This document shows positions 1-10,780 of a DNA stretch of 64,000 nucleotides, piece after piece. The position numbers and the translations under genes are program-made. The notes under the pieces were generated by a model, which made no database searches, had not been told where the DNA came from, and saw only the letters and a list, made by a program, of their open reading frames with translations. The DNA comes from Candidatus Azobacteroides sp. GTDB lineage: Bacteria; Bacteroidota; Bacteroidia; Bacteroidales; WRGA01. The stretch lies in the NCBI GenBank assembly GCA_021201815.1, contig JAJQEC010000090.1:30881-94880 (forward strand). The letters run 5' to 3'. How positions within the stretch are numbered: position 1 is the first letter of the stretch; every line of letters begins with the position of its first letter.

Positions 1-835
1 GTTGAATGCGTACCTTTACATTCATGCCCAGGTAAAGCTTTCCTTTATTAGTTCCATTTACAGAAGCTTTTATCTTCACCATACCGTTTTTATCCACGAC
101 CGGATTAATTTCAGAAATACGTCCTTCTACAGTGTAATCTACAACGGAAAACGGAGAGATCATCACTTTATCACCGATTTTAAGAATGGGTAATTCGCTT
201 TCCAGAACTGTGAATTCTACTTCTAACTGAGATTGTCCGATCAGGGTACAAAAGGGTACGGAACTTTCCGGCAGATTATATTCTTTAGAAAATAAATTAG
301 CAACTACGCCATCAAAGGGAGCATAAAGCACAGCGTTCTCCAACGCATGTTTGGCTAATTCATACTGGATCATATTGCTGTCATAGTTGCTTCTTACTTT
401 AGCAATTTTCATTACTTCCGACGGGATATTTGACGAATCGGAGAGGCTGTATCCCTGCCCGATCAACACATCCTGCAATTCCAGCCTTGCCCGCTCCAGG
501 TTATCTTCTGCCTGTGAAAGATTCTTTTTCAATTTGAACTGGTCCAGGACAGCAAGTGGTTGTCCTTTCTTTACATAACTGCCGTTTTTCACAAAGATCC
601 GTTGAATAATTTCTTTGCCGTCAAAATATAAATCAGCCTTTTTACCGGATGAAATAGTGCCGTTAGAGATAATTTCATGATGAAAATCGGAATAGGTAAG
701 CAACATGGCTTTTACCTGGCTTTTTTCATCCGGCAAAATAGTAGATACATTTTTCTCCTTTTCTTTATTAGTTCCTGAACAGGAGAAAAGGAAACATACG
801 GGTATTAACAGCCACCTGAATAACCTCTTCTTCAT
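1..835 (-). CDS. Efflux transporter periplasmic adaptor subunit (HlyD/MFP family) lipoprotein; 3' end outside window
   Basis: Absent from the ORF track because there is no stop in the window. My minus-strand translation from the ATG (833-835) gives MKKRLFRWLLIPVCFLFSCSGTNK (lipobox) ... RIFVKNGSYVKKGQPLAVLD ... LERARLELQD ... LYAPFDGVVANL ... GMNVKVRI. This is the lipoyl/hairpin/barrel pattern of MFP adaptors. The frame is open to nt 1. ATGA start/stop overlap with 832..2667. Confidence 0.7.
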   Translation of the reverse strand, partial: MKKRLFRWLLIPVCFLFSCSGTNKEKEKNVSTILPDEKSQVKAMLLTYSDFHHEIISNGTISSGKKADLYFDGKEIIQRIFVKNGSYVKKGQPLAVLDQFKLKKNLSQAEDNLERARLELQDVLIGQGYSLSDSSNIPSEVMKIAKVRSNYDSNMIQYELAKHALENAVLYAPFDGVVANLFSKEYNLPESSVPFCTLIGQSQLEVEFTVLESELPILKIGDKVMISPFSVVDYTVEGRISEINPVVDKNGMVKIKASVNGTNKGKLYLGMNVKVRIQ

Positions 836-2667
836 AGTGATGAGTAATTTTCTAAATATTCTTTCATTTCTTTCTTTATTTCCCGGACTGCAGGAGAATC
901 TATTTTCGGCTTCTTTTTCAGAAGGTACTCAGCCACTTCCCTGGCTTTTTCTTCGTTCCCTGTTTCCCGGTAAAAGTTGACTAACAAATAATATGGATAT
1001 AACCTGTGAGGAACAATGTGTGAAGCTTTTATAAAATTTTGCTCCGCAAGATAATAATTATTTAATTGCTGGTAATTTTTCCCCATGATATTATAAATCA
1101 TGGGATCCGCACTCATACCTGACACTTTTGTCAGAACCTGATTGCTTACTTCATACTTTCCGTTTTTTGACAGGGATTGCGCATATTCAAACAAATAATC
1201 TATCTGGTCATTTAAAAAAGGATAAAGCGCTTCGTATTTTTCTTCTGCCACATCATATATTTCCGCCTGGTAAAAAACTCTTGCCCGGCTCCATTGTAAA
1301 TAAGCAGTGTAGACAGGATAACGATTAACTAAACAATAACTTGTTATTATAAAACAAATTACCAACAAACTACTAATCCGGAGTTTATCCTGTTTTTGCA
1401 GGCTTCCGTTTCTACGGATTTTTTCCATATTGGAAGCGGCCAGCAGAAAGCAAAAAGCGATGAGGAAAGGAAGCACCCTGAAAGGATAAGACATTGCCGC
1501 AAAAACAAGGAGGGAAATCAACGCGCCTGCCAAAGCGATTAATTTTCTCCGACAGGCTTTTCGGATAGTCATAATCAGGATAACCACAAAGAAAAGGAAA
1601 GACACCATTCCTGTTTCAACACAAATCTGTAGGTATTCATTGAATGCATATTCGGGATTCCCGGCAATGTTTTCTTCCTGAATAGTTCCTTTTCCTGATG
1701 CAAAGTAAGTAGCCTGTTGATTGCCATAAGCACCGGAAAAATTCCCAAGACCTACTCCCATCGGATGATGATAAATAACCGGAAGGGTAATTTTCCACAT
1801 GAACATCCGCCCATCTGCCGAATCCTTTTTTAAATAATAAATACTACTGCCGGCAACTATAAACAAGCATGCTCCGATAAGAAGTCCGCCGATTATTTTT
1901 TTTCCATGGGCTTTATAGAAATGATAAAAATCGTATTTCCGGAAAATAAAGAAACAACCGCTGATGATACTTCCACATACAGCACTTATCCAGGAAGCAC
2001 GGCTCATGGTGGCAGGTAATATCAGCAACATGGAAATACAGGTACCTGTTGCAAGGCTCCATCTGAGGAAAAAAGGCCAGTTTCTTTTAAAAAGTTTCTT
2101 TTTAGCGATATACGGATAATCACTTATTAAGTAATAAACAGCCATCGGAAAAACAAAGGCCAGATATCCGGCATAGGGACCCGGATTAAAAAATGACCCG
2201 GTCGTTCTGAATAAGCTATGGAAAGACAAGGAGTATCCATATAACTGCCTTATTCCCCATACCGCTTCTATCCATCCGGTCAGCATAAAAAAGCAGGTTA
2301 GGATATACATGTTCCAGGACCATTGAGAAAGAATAAGCCGAAAATAAAAATAACAGACCGTCAGTAAGAACAAGGATATTAATTTAGTCGTTATCTCACC
2401 GTTTATCCGGAAGGTAATTATTCCTGCGGACAGGCAAAAGGCTACTATAAAAAAATCCATGATAGAAAATCTTATTTTCCTGCGGTTAATAAGGAAAGAA
2501 AGAATAACTGCCAGAGAACTTACCTCCATTCCTTTATAAAACCAGAAATATTTTCCGGATACAACCCCGTTTATTAAAGCTCCTTCTACTACAAAAGGAG
2601 TACTTAACAGAAATAAAAAGGGAATGATACAAATGATATTTGTTCCTGTTTTCAGAAAATCTTTCAT
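832..2667 (-). CDS. Polytopic membrane protein, O-antigen ligase (Wzy)-like core with C-terminal TPR repeats
   Basis: 611-aa ORF. About 10-12 hydrophobic helices occupy the first ~430 aa. The last ~170 aa have TPR-like repeats (AEEKYEALYPF, AEQNFIKASHIVP, EEKAREVAEYLLKK). Family call is from memory of similar Bacteroidota proteins. Confidence 0.55.
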   Translation of the reverse strand: MKDFLKTGTNIICIIPFLFLLSTPFVVEGALINGVVSGKYFWFYKGMEVSSLAVILSFLINRRKIRFSIMDFFIVAFCLSAGIITFRINGEITTKLISLFLLTVCYFYFRLILSQWSWNMYILTCFFMLTGWIEAVWGIRQLYGYSLSFHSLFRTTGSFFNPGPYAGYLAFVFPMAVYYLISDYPYIAKKKLFKRNWPFFLRWSLATGTCISMLLILPATMSRASWISAVCGSIISGCFFIFRKYDFYHFYKAHGKKIIGGLLIGACLFIVAGSSIYYLKKDSADGRMFMWKITLPVIYHHPMGVGLGNFSGAYGNQQATYFASGKGTIQEENIAGNPEYAFNEYLQICVETGMVSFLFFVVILIMTIRKACRRKLIALAGALISLLVFAAMSYPFRVLPFLIAFCFLLAASNMEKIRRNGSLQKQDKLRISSLLVICFIITSYCLVNRYPVYTAYLQWSRARVFYQAEIYDVAEEKYEALYPFLNDQIDYLFEYAQSLSKNGKYEVSNQVLTKVSGMSADPMIYNIMGKNYQQLNNYYLAEQNFIKASHIVPHRLYPYYLLVNFYRETGNEEKAREVAEYLLKKKPKIDSPAVREIKKEMKEYLENYSSL

Positions 2668-2688
2668 GGAATTATTTATTCACAATGC

Positions 2689-3591
2689 TTATTTTACAGT
2701 TCGTAATATCCTGTCTTTCCTCAGTTTTCCGGTGTACGGATCATTGGATTTCCATATCATTATCACTTTGCCGATAATATGATCTTCCGGCAACAAGCCC
2801 CAATAGCGGGAATCCTTGGAATCGGAAACCAGGTCACCGGCCATAAAGTAGTAATTTTTCCGAAACGTATAGTCCGTAATGATACTATCACCCAGCATTA
2901 CCTGATTTTCTTTTACGGATACTTCTTCTCCGGTTTCATAACGAATTAATTTTTCGTACAACCTGATATTTAATGTATCCAGCTTTATCCTGTCATTTTT
3001 TGCCGGAACATATAAGGGCCCGAATTCCCGGCAATTCCAGCCATATCGGTCATCGAAAGGAAAACAATTATAAATAACCGGATCAATTTCTTCCGGATTT
3101 ATTTTCGAAAAATTCCGTTGCGTATGGTAACTGCCAAGGCTGTCTTTCGACTGCATGACTTTATAAATCCCGTTGTCAATATAAAAGGTGTCGCCGGGAA
3201 GCGCTACACAACGCTTTGTATAATAAGTATTCAAATCCAGTGCCAGGTGGTTCCAGTCGGTATAAGGGTAATTAAATACAAGAATGTCATTGCGTTTCAC
3301 ATTCCGGTATCCTTTTATTCTTTTCAGAACAGGCTTTTCTCCTTTTGATAAAGACAGGAAATTTTCTATTATTCTCGGACCGGGGATCTGTTTATTGACA
3401 ATTATCTGATCTCCGGCGACGAGGGCAGGCTCCATAGAATCCGAAGGAATAGTAAAAGAAGCAAAGAAGAATATTCGTAAAGCGATGGCAAGAATAGTAG
3501 CACCAATAAAAGTAACAAAAAAAGATACCAGTGTGCGGACTTTCTTTTTTCCTGTTTTATTATCTTTTGTGATAACCTCCTTCCTGCTCAT
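2689..3591 (-). CDS. lepB: Signal peptidase I
   Basis: N-terminal TM helix. Catalytic Ser box IPSDSMEPAL, Lys box region, and C-terminal GDLVSDSKDSRYWGLLPEDHIIGKV (GDN-x-S-x-DSRYWG motif). Confidence 0.9.
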   Translation of the reverse strand: MSRKEVITKDNKTGKKKVRTLVSFFVTFIGATILAIALRIFFFASFTIPSDSMEPALVAGDQIIVNKQIPGPRIIENFLSLSKGEKPVLKRIKGYRNVKRNDILVFNYPYTDWNHLALDLNTYYTKRCVALPGDTFYIDNGIYKVMQSKDSLGSYHTQRNFSKINPEEIDPVIYNCFPFDDRYGWNCREFGPLYVPAKNDRIKLDTLNIRLYEKLIRYETGEEVSVKENQVMLGDSIITDYTFRKNYYFMAGDLVSDSKDSRYWGLLPEDHIIGKVIMIWKSNDPYTGKLRKDRILRTVK

Positions 3592-3834
3592 ATAACCCCT
3601 GTTTAATTGCCTGCAATATTAGATAATTTTTACAAGACCAGCCATTTTTCTTCCGGTAAAATTGTATTTTGCTGTACTATATCTTCCGGAGAAATGATTT
3701 CCTTCTTTTCAGGAAGAGTTTTCAAAAAAGGCAGCATCCCCTTCTTCAAAAGAAAAACGCTATGTTTTATCCAAAAGGAGTATGAATGCTATTTTCCTCA
3801 AAGCACAACCAAACAGAGATAAATTCTATTTCTC

Positions 3835-5790
3835 TTACCACCATATCTGTGTCCCTTTTTCGTAAGTAAATATCCGTTCTTCCTCTCTTTTGCTATGATT
3901 ATAAAGAAGAAATAACGCATTTTGAGGAACCTCTTCATACGTTACGGTCCACTCCTCCCCTATCTTTTTTCCTAAGGACAACCAGGTTTTATCCCAGTAA
4001 AAAAGTTCGTATGTATCCCCTGTGTGGAGATGGTGGCTCGGATGACGGGGTAAGAACCGGATTTCAGCAATCGGTTGTGCAACGCCCAAATCTAATCCTA
4101 CCCAGCAGGAATCTGCATCGGGAGCATCAAAAAATGTGAATCGGTCCCCGTCAAATACTTTCTCCCGGGTTGTAGCAGGGTTATCCCAGCAGGAACCCGG
4201 GGTTCCGATAATACGGCCGGACAGCTTACGGAGTTCTCCTTTGTCATGCTTATAAAATTCAAGTTCCGCAATATTGGCAAAACTGTTTCTGCCACCCATA
4301 TACCTGATATAGCGGAATTTCTTTTCATTCTTAACGGGAACATGCTGATAGCTGAATGGAGGAGGGTTTTCTATTCTATAAAAAACCTCCGCATTTGTGA
4401 ACTCAGGATTATCTGCTCCCTGAAACTCGCCATGCTCCATTCTTCTGGCATGTAAAATCATTCCGAAATCAGGATACCGGCTGAATAAAGAGAGAGTTTC
4501 TTTTTTTTCCGGATCGGCATTTTTTAATGTGATCCTTCCGTCCGAAGAAATATAAAACGGAACGGAAGCCGGATAAAATTGCTGGTTGTGGTAATACATT
4601 ACTATGTACATGCATTCTTTTGCCATTTGCGTAAAAGTAGCTTTTTTCCCTTCTATCTTTCCCCAATGAACAGGCTGCCAGTTGACATTATCAAACACCA
4701 TGATATAGGCGATCTTTTTCTTTTCAGGAGGAGCAACCGTTAGCTCCATAGATACATCTACAGGATCAAAATAGACTCCGGAAACATCTTTCAGGTACGG
4801 ATCCTGAAACAACGGGGGAATTTCCTCTTTCAGCTCCTGCATAGCAAGGCTTTCTTCCTGGATTGCAAACATTTTCCGGAATACCTTAGGTGCTTTGTCC
4901 GTTGATTTAGGGAGCAGATGTTGTCCTACCGGTAAATGATCTCCGAACTAAAAAGGAGCCTGTTTATCGCCAGCCAGAAACACCAGGTTCCAGTCATGAC
5001 CCTGAGAACGGTTTGCCCATTGCGGTGTAAAATCCCAGGCAGTAGGTATTCCCAGGCTTCGGAGTGTATAAGTAGTCAACATAGCCAGTTCATAACAAGT
5101 CCCCGCTCCTTTATTAAAAAACGCGGACGGAGGAAAATCGAGTTTAAAATGATAAATGTACCATTCGTTCGGACCCAGGAAATAAAGGCGAAAAGCTTCA
5201 CAGACCATGCTGTCTGTTGCCTCCACATCCACCAGAAGCCTGATATAACCGGACAGTTGTTCCTGATAAATAGGGATCCAGTCTTCTAAAGGTTCCCTTG
5301 CCAACCGGTAAGGAAGAAGATATTCACAAAAATCTTCAAAAGACAATTCCCGACACCAGGGATATCTGCTCAGCTCAAAAACATGATCAATATGTCTGAT
5401 GAGAAATTCCGCGGTAATGTGACGGATATCTTCTTTTATCCGGATTTCTTTCTGGTCTATTTTATATTCCACGGTTTTTATTTTCTCCCGTAATTCTTCT
5501 ATATACTCCTTTGTCATTTTTTCCGGGACCAAAAGAGAATCCAGTTCCTGATAGTATTCCGATATGGTGGGAAATTCATACTGATAGTGATACAGCATAT
5601 TTTCAATCAGGAAACAAGCTGCTTTGTATTTCTGTTCTCCGTCCGGTAACTGTTGATAATGGGACAATACCTTTTCAAGTTCTTTCCGGTTTTTTCCGGC
5701 CTGACGAAGTGCCTGTTCAAGCCGGTCTTCTTTCTCATGGCAAGAAGCGAAAAGAAACAGAAATAATAATAATTGAAGTAATCTTTTCAT
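3835..5790 (-). pseudogene. Transglutaminase-like / F5-8 type C (discoidin) lipoprotein interrupted by one in-frame TAG (4948-4950)
   Basis: ORFs 4948..5790 and 3835..4872 share a frame, and the 75 nt between them have no stop. The joined product is colinear with the intact paralog 8331..10388. Lipobox LFASCHEK; Cys core GAGTCYELA; discoidin-like RYIRYMGG...IAELEFY. Confidence 0.7.
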
Positions 5791-5878
5791 AGCATCTGAT
5801 CCGTATTTTCAATTTTTATTGTAAAAACAGCTTATAAGGTTGTATTTAAAAGAGATCATAAAAACTATCCGGAAAAAA

Positions 5879-7085
5879 TTAATAGGGTCTATACAAAAAA
5901 GAATCTTCCCTGATCTTAAATTTAATAACGATAGGTTGTATATGGTCCGTACCTTGGATCTGCAGATTATTTAATCCTTCTGTGTCACCGGCAAGTGCAT
6001 CTTTCAATATTTTTATCTCCGAAGGGGAAGAGATATTTAAAAAAGAATTCCATAATACATATATCGTATTTTTTTCTATCCGGAAATTAGCATTTTGAAA
6101 ATGTGTTTTTCCCAATCCGGTATGGGTAAATCCTTCATAGATTTTGCTGGTTTTTGTATCATAATTATGGTCAATAAACCGGGACCTGCCATTTTCTTTA
6201 AAAAACACAAGAATATAAGGAGCCTTGGGATAAACAAACTCGTAGACATTTTCATAGAGAAACTTTTTTGTAGAAGGATCAAGTTCGGTATATACTTTTG
6301 TAGTATCTCCTTCTTCCGAAGGTAATAAAAAAGTATTTACCGGAAATCTGTATCGATCTATTTTGCGTTTCAAAGGAATAAGCGTTGTATCATTTTGGTG
6401 CAGATTTTCACTAAAAGGATAAATGGGTTCATCTTTCAGCACAAAGGTGATATCAAAAGCAGTTACCTCTGCTATTTGAGTAAGATAATTTATTAAATAT
6501 ACGCATTCTATGTTCGGATACCGCACCATAACATTTACGTTATAGTCAAAAACGGAGTTCAAAAAGCAGTCCGAAGGAATTTCATAGATACCGATCAGGC
6601 GGTATTTCTTATCATAAGAAAAAAACCTTCCGTAGCGTATTATCCGCAACATAGACAATTCCGTCAGCTACTAAACACGCATCCAGACGTGAATATTCAC
6701 TGGCACCTTCCCCTTTTTTATTAAAAGTATTTATATACTTTCCTTTTCCCGAAAATTTATAGATACTGCCTTCCTCTTTTGAAACCAGATAATAATTTCC
6801 CTGATCGAATAAAACATCATCCATTTCCTGGAAATTACATTCTTTTGTTGGTTCAAGGGAAACCAGTTCCACTTCCGGTTCGACTTCGGAAGAAAGGTCT
6901 AAATAACCGTAGGACTGAGTAATACTATCCAGGGATCTTTTATTTTCTTTTTCAGTGAGATTTTCAGTTTTTTCTTCTTTTTTCGAACACCCTGCCAGAC
7001 AAATGAAGAAGAAGAGAAAAGGAATAAAGGTTATAGTACGCATAGGGAATTGAGTTAATAATATGTATTCTTTTAATAAATTCAT
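5879..7085 (-). pseudogene. 6-bladed beta-propeller-type lipoprotein (paralog of 7082..8281) with +1 frameshift in a T7 run
   Basis: ORFs 6612..7085 and 5879..6658 overlap in different frames. Removing one T from the coding-strand T7 run (A7 at 6619-6625 on the plus strand) gives ...ADNTLRKVFSYDKKYRLIGIYEIP. This aligns with ...ADNSQRKVFCYDKNFNFLATYEIP of the intact paralog. Confidence 0.7.
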
Positions 7086-8281
7086 GAATGTGCTTTATTC
7101 AAGAAAGATTCTTCTTTTATCTTACATTTAATAATTACCGGTTGCTTCCTATCAGACATATCTTTTTCCGGTAACCCTTTACTTTCCTGAAACTTTTTTT
7201 CCGATATATTTTGTAAGGCATCCGTTTTTAATGAAGTGGGAAAGAAGAAAGGAGAATTCCATAAGGCATATATTATGTTTGTGTTCTCCTCAAAAGTCGC
7301 ACTCACAAAATATGTGTCTCCCAATTCCCGGTGCGTAAAGCCCTCATACAGGATACTGGTTTTAGGCTCATAATTATGATAAATAAACCTTGATTTTTCA
7401 TCTTGTTTAAACCGGACAATAATTTTTGTTCCTGGCAGGTGTATAAATTCCTGAATGTTATTATAAAGAAACTGTTTTGTGGTTCCATCCAACTCGGTAT
7501 ATATTTTTACAGTATCTTCTTTTTGAGCCGGCAGTAAGAATAAATTCACCGGAAATATAAATCTGTCGGTCCTTCTTTTCAAAGGCAGAATGGAAGGATT
7601 TGCTTTTTGAGTAAGTTGTTGTATGGAATTAATAGAGTCTCCTTCAAACGCCAAAAGAATGTCAAATACTTTTACCTCTGCTATTTGAGTAAAATAATTT
7701 ATTAAATAAATAACATTATACTTGGGAAGGTACCACATTTGCTTTACTTCGTAATCGGAATCCGGGAAATGATGACTTTCCCGAGGAATTTCATAGGTAG
7801 CCAAAAAGTTAAAGTTTTTATCATAACAAAAAACTTTCCGCTGGCTATTGTCCGCAATCCAAATATTTCCGTTATGCAGGTAACAGGCATCCAGGCAAGT
7901 ATAGCCTTCTTCCTCTTTTGGAGTACCGGTTAAAGTAGAAACATACTTCCCTTTTTCGGTGAACTTATAGATAGCAGATGCTTCTTTTGAAATTAAATAA
8001 TAATTTCCTTGCTGAAAAAAAATCCGGTCAATATCCGGAAGATTAATTTCCGGATCTAGGTGCAATGGAATTATCTCAACTTCCGGCTCCACTTCCGGAG
8101 AAAGGTCTAAATACCCATGGGAAAGGGAAAGAGAATCAGAAAAACAGGAAGTATTTTCTTCCTTTTCGTATCGGTGTTCTTTTCCCGAACAGGAACAAAG
8201 TAAAATAACACAAGTCATAGAAAAAGCTCGAAAGATTCTTCTCATACCATCAGAGGTTAAAATCGGATACATAGGTTTCAT
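7082..8281 (-). CDS. Lipoprotein, 6-bladed beta-propeller family (BF3164-like)
   Basis: 399 aa with lipobox LLCSCSGK. Repeated hydrophobic-G-x-Y/I-Y blade-like segments. Paralogous to 5879..7085 and more distantly to 11653..12708. ATGA overlap with the downstream gene. Confidence 0.6.
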   Translation of the reverse strand: MKPMYPILTSDGMRRIFRAFSMTCVILLCSCSGKEHRYEKEENTSCFSDSLSLSHGYLDLSPEVEPEVEIIPLHLDPEINLPDIDRIFFQQGNYYLISKEASAIYKFTEKGKYVSTLTGTPKEEEGYTCLDACYLHNGNIWIADNSQRKVFCYDKNFNFLATYEIPRESHHFPDSDYEVKQMWYLPKYNVIYLINYFTQIAEVKVFDILLAFEGDSINSIQQLTQKANPSILPLKRRTDRFIFPVNLFLLPAQKEDTVKIYTELDGTTKQFLYNNIQEFIHLPGTKIIVRFKQDEKSRFIYHNYEPKTSILYEGFTHRELGDTYFVSATFEENTNIIYALWNSPFFFPTSLKTDALQNISEKKFQESKGLPEKDMSDRKQPVIIKCKIKEESFLNKAHS

Positions 8282-8330
8282 TGGTTAAAAGTATTAATTT
8301 TTATAAAAAAATCCAAGCTATTCTTTCATT

Positions 8331-10358
8331 TTACCACCAGCTCTGGTGGCCATTTTCATATAAGAAAATCCGTTCTTCTCTTCCTCCGGAATGGTTGTGA
8401 AGCCACAACAAGGCATTGCGGGGAACATTTTCATAGGTTAATAGTTGTTGTTTATTTCCGGATTGCTTTCCCAGGGAAACCGCTCCTTTTTCTTTTATAA
8501 AATAAAACAACTCATACAGATTATCTTCCCGGATAAAGTTATCGTCGTTCCAGACCAGAAACCGGATAGCAGTAACCGGGTAAGGTTTTCCCAGGTCCAG
8601 CCCTGTCCAGATATCCGTTTCTCCTCTCGAATAAAAAAAAGTAAGCACATCTTTATCAAAAGCAAAAAAAGCGTCCTGTAACTCCAACGGCTTGCCGTCT
8701 TCTTCCCCTTCATAAGCGATTACTTTTCCCGTAAGTTCCCGGTTCCCTTCCGTATAAAATTCCAACTCGGCCATTGCACAATGCTTATGGTCAGGAGAAA
8801 CGTACCGTACATACCTGTATTCGTCCCGGGAAGACAACGGAATTTCGTAATACCTCATTTCCGGTTGCTCCGTGATCCTGTACAGCGTACAGGCATCCCG
8901 GAAATCAGCCATATTCGCTCCCTGAAATGCTCCCCCGATCAACAATTCCCCGATATTTTCCAGGTGAGGTTTTATCCGGAACTTCCGGGTCAGTTTCACC
9001 GTTTCCGTATATACCGGATCAGGAGTAGCATATATTATTTTGCCTTCTTGATTTATACGAAAAGGATCTGTTACCGGAAAGACGGTTCCATTCCTATAAA
9101 AAGCTCCCATGTAATATATATCCGGCTCTATGTCTTTAAAAACCGCATACCCGTCTTTCACCGAAGCCCAGCCAACAGGAATCCAGGAACTATTATTAAA
9201 TACACAAAGATAAATAATCTCTTCTTTTTTATATTTCTTTTCCAGGGGAACGGAAGCAGAATAAGCGGGAAAATACTCAAATGACACATCCCGCAGCAAC
9301 GGATGTTTTAAAGAAGGATAGATTTCCTTTTCGGGATAGATTAGGGCAATATGGTCTTTATCCGGTTCAAATTCCTGCCGGTAGATTTTCCCACGTTTTC
9401 TTTCCGCATTCCTGGAATTTATTTCCGGACGGATCTCATACAATTCGAATTCTTTCAGCACTCCCAGGCTATCCCGGGTATAATTCCAGTAATGTTTTTT
9501 ATAACAATGGTCCGGATTCTGGATAATAATATCCGTGCCACAAGGTATTCCCAAAGCACGCAATGCATATACTACTATATCCGCATATTCCCGGCAATTT
9601 CCCATTCTCTCTTTTAACAGGAATTCTCCTCCCAGATGAGGAGCGTCTAATTCACTAATAAAAGTCCACGGGGTAGCGACCAGGGCATCATATATTACCT
9701 GGCTGGCTTTCAACGGGTCATCTCCCGTATACAGGGAATCCAATACCGGTTGAAAAGTAGCATAAAAAATAGTTCTCCATTCCTGCAACGGTTCGTTTCC
9801 GGTCCGGTAAGGAAGAATTTCCCGGCAAAACCGGGAGAAAGAAATATATTTTCCCCAAGGCTGCTTTTCCCATACGTAAAAAGCCTGTTCAATATTATTG
9901 ATTAAAAAGTCTGCGGTAATGGCCTGTGCATCATTTTTGACAGGAAGTCCGGTAAAAAACGAAGTGCCGTATTTATGGGTAAGATAAGTAGTTACTTCCG
10001 GATCTACGCGGTCTTTTCCCAGCGTCACTTCGGGAACCGTATGCTTTAAAGAACATAAGTCCGCCTTAAAATAATCCAGTATTTCATGGTCATAATAATA
10101 ATGGTAAGGCATATTTTCTATCAGGAAGCAGGCAGCCTGATATTTTAAGGTATCCTGTGGCTGCCGGCTGTAATAAGCAAGCACTTTTTCCAGTTCGGAA
10201 CGATTTTCTCCTGCGAAATTCAATGCATATTCCAACCGGGAAGGTCCGGTACAGGAAAATAGGATACTAATAACAACTAGTTTTATGGTTAAAAATGATC
10301 TCACAAAAAATAAAAATTCAATGGAAATTACTTCTCGACTATTTTTTGTAGAAGTCAT
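8331..10358 (-). CDS. Transglutaminase-like cysteine protease-fold / F5-8 type C (discoidin) lipoprotein
   Basis: The ORF is open to 10388, but the ATG at 10356-10358 (MTSTKNS...) avoids the upstream terminator. Lipobox ILFSCTG; Cys core GNCREYADIVVYALRALGIP; later HYWN; C-terminal YRYVRYVSPD...AMAELEFY discoidin-like domain. Confidence 0.7.
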   Translation of the reverse strand: MTSTKNSREVISIEFLFFVRSFLTIKLVVISILFSCTGPSRLEYALNFAGENRSELEKVLAYYSRQPQDTLKYQAACFLIENMPYHYYYDHEILDYFKADLCSLKHTVPEVTLGKDRVDPEVTTYLTHKYGTSFFTGLPVKNDAQAITADFLINNIEQAFYVWEKQPWGKYISFSRFCREILPYRTGNEPLQEWRTIFYATFQPVLDSLYTGDDPLKASQVIYDALVATPWTFISELDAPHLGGEFLLKERMGNCREYADIVVYALRALGIPCGTDIIIQNPDHCYKKHYWNYTRDSLGVLKEFELYEIRPEINSRNAERKRGKIYRQEFEPDKDHIALIYPEKEIYPSLKHPLLRDVSFEYFPAYSASVPLEKKYKKEEIIYLCVFNNSSWIPVGWASVKDGYAVFKDIEPDIYYMGAFYRNGTVFPVTDPFRINQEGKIIYATPDPVYTETVKLTRKFRIKPHLENIGELLIGGAFQGANMADFRDACTLYRITEQPEMRYYEIPLSSRDEYRYVRYVSPDHKHCAMAELEFYTEGNRELTGKVIAYEGEEDGKPLELQDAFFAFDKDVLTFFYSRGETDIWTGLDLGKPYPVTAIRFLVWNDDNFIREDNLYELFYFIKEKGAVSLGKQSGNKQQLLTYENVPRNALLWLHNHSGGREERIFLYENGHQSWW

Positions 10359-10382
10359 CCTGACTTCCTTTTCACTCTGTAA

Positions 10383-10420
10383 AAACAAAAAAGGCAGACC
10401 CTCACAGGCCCGCCTTTTCA
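10383..10420 (-). terminator. Rho-independent terminator after the TPR gene
   Basis: Minus-strand RNA reads GGCGGGCC-UGUGA-GGGUCUGCC followed by UUUUUUGUUUUU. The two non-Watson-Crick positions are G-U only on the minus-strand transcript. Confidence 0.6.
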
Positions 10421-10498
10421 GCCGGGAACCGGTAAACTACTCCGGAACCCGTAACTTCTAATTCCACGCCATCTATTATAAATAAATAGCACGCAGAA

Positions 10499-10765
10499 CT
10501 ACGACAAAATATCTAAATTGAGCAAATTCTTCATATCTTTACACGCTGCCGGATTTATCTTTAGCGCCTTGCTACAATATTCAAGGGCTTCTTCGTTCCT
10601 TCCGGCTTCCAGATATGTCTTTGCCAATAATTCCAGGTATAAACTTTCTTTTGGAAAAGCATTATGTAAAGTATGCAAATATTCCAGCATCGTACAGAAC
10701 AATCCATTCATCTTGGCCTCTGCCTCCACGACCATTTTATCCATCCTTTCATTTCGTGTGCTCAT
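10499..10765 (-). CDS. Small TPR-repeat protein
   Basis: 88 aa. YLELLAKTYLEAGRNEEALEYCSKALKINP is a canonical TPR. Ends with TAG and is followed by a terminator. Confidence 0.5.
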   Translation of the reverse strand: MSTRNERMDKMVVEAEAKMNGLFCTMLEYLHTLHNAFPKESLYLELLAKTYLEAGRNEEALEYCSKALKINPAACKDMKNLLNLDILS

Positions 10766-10780
10766 ATTTCCCGGTATTAT

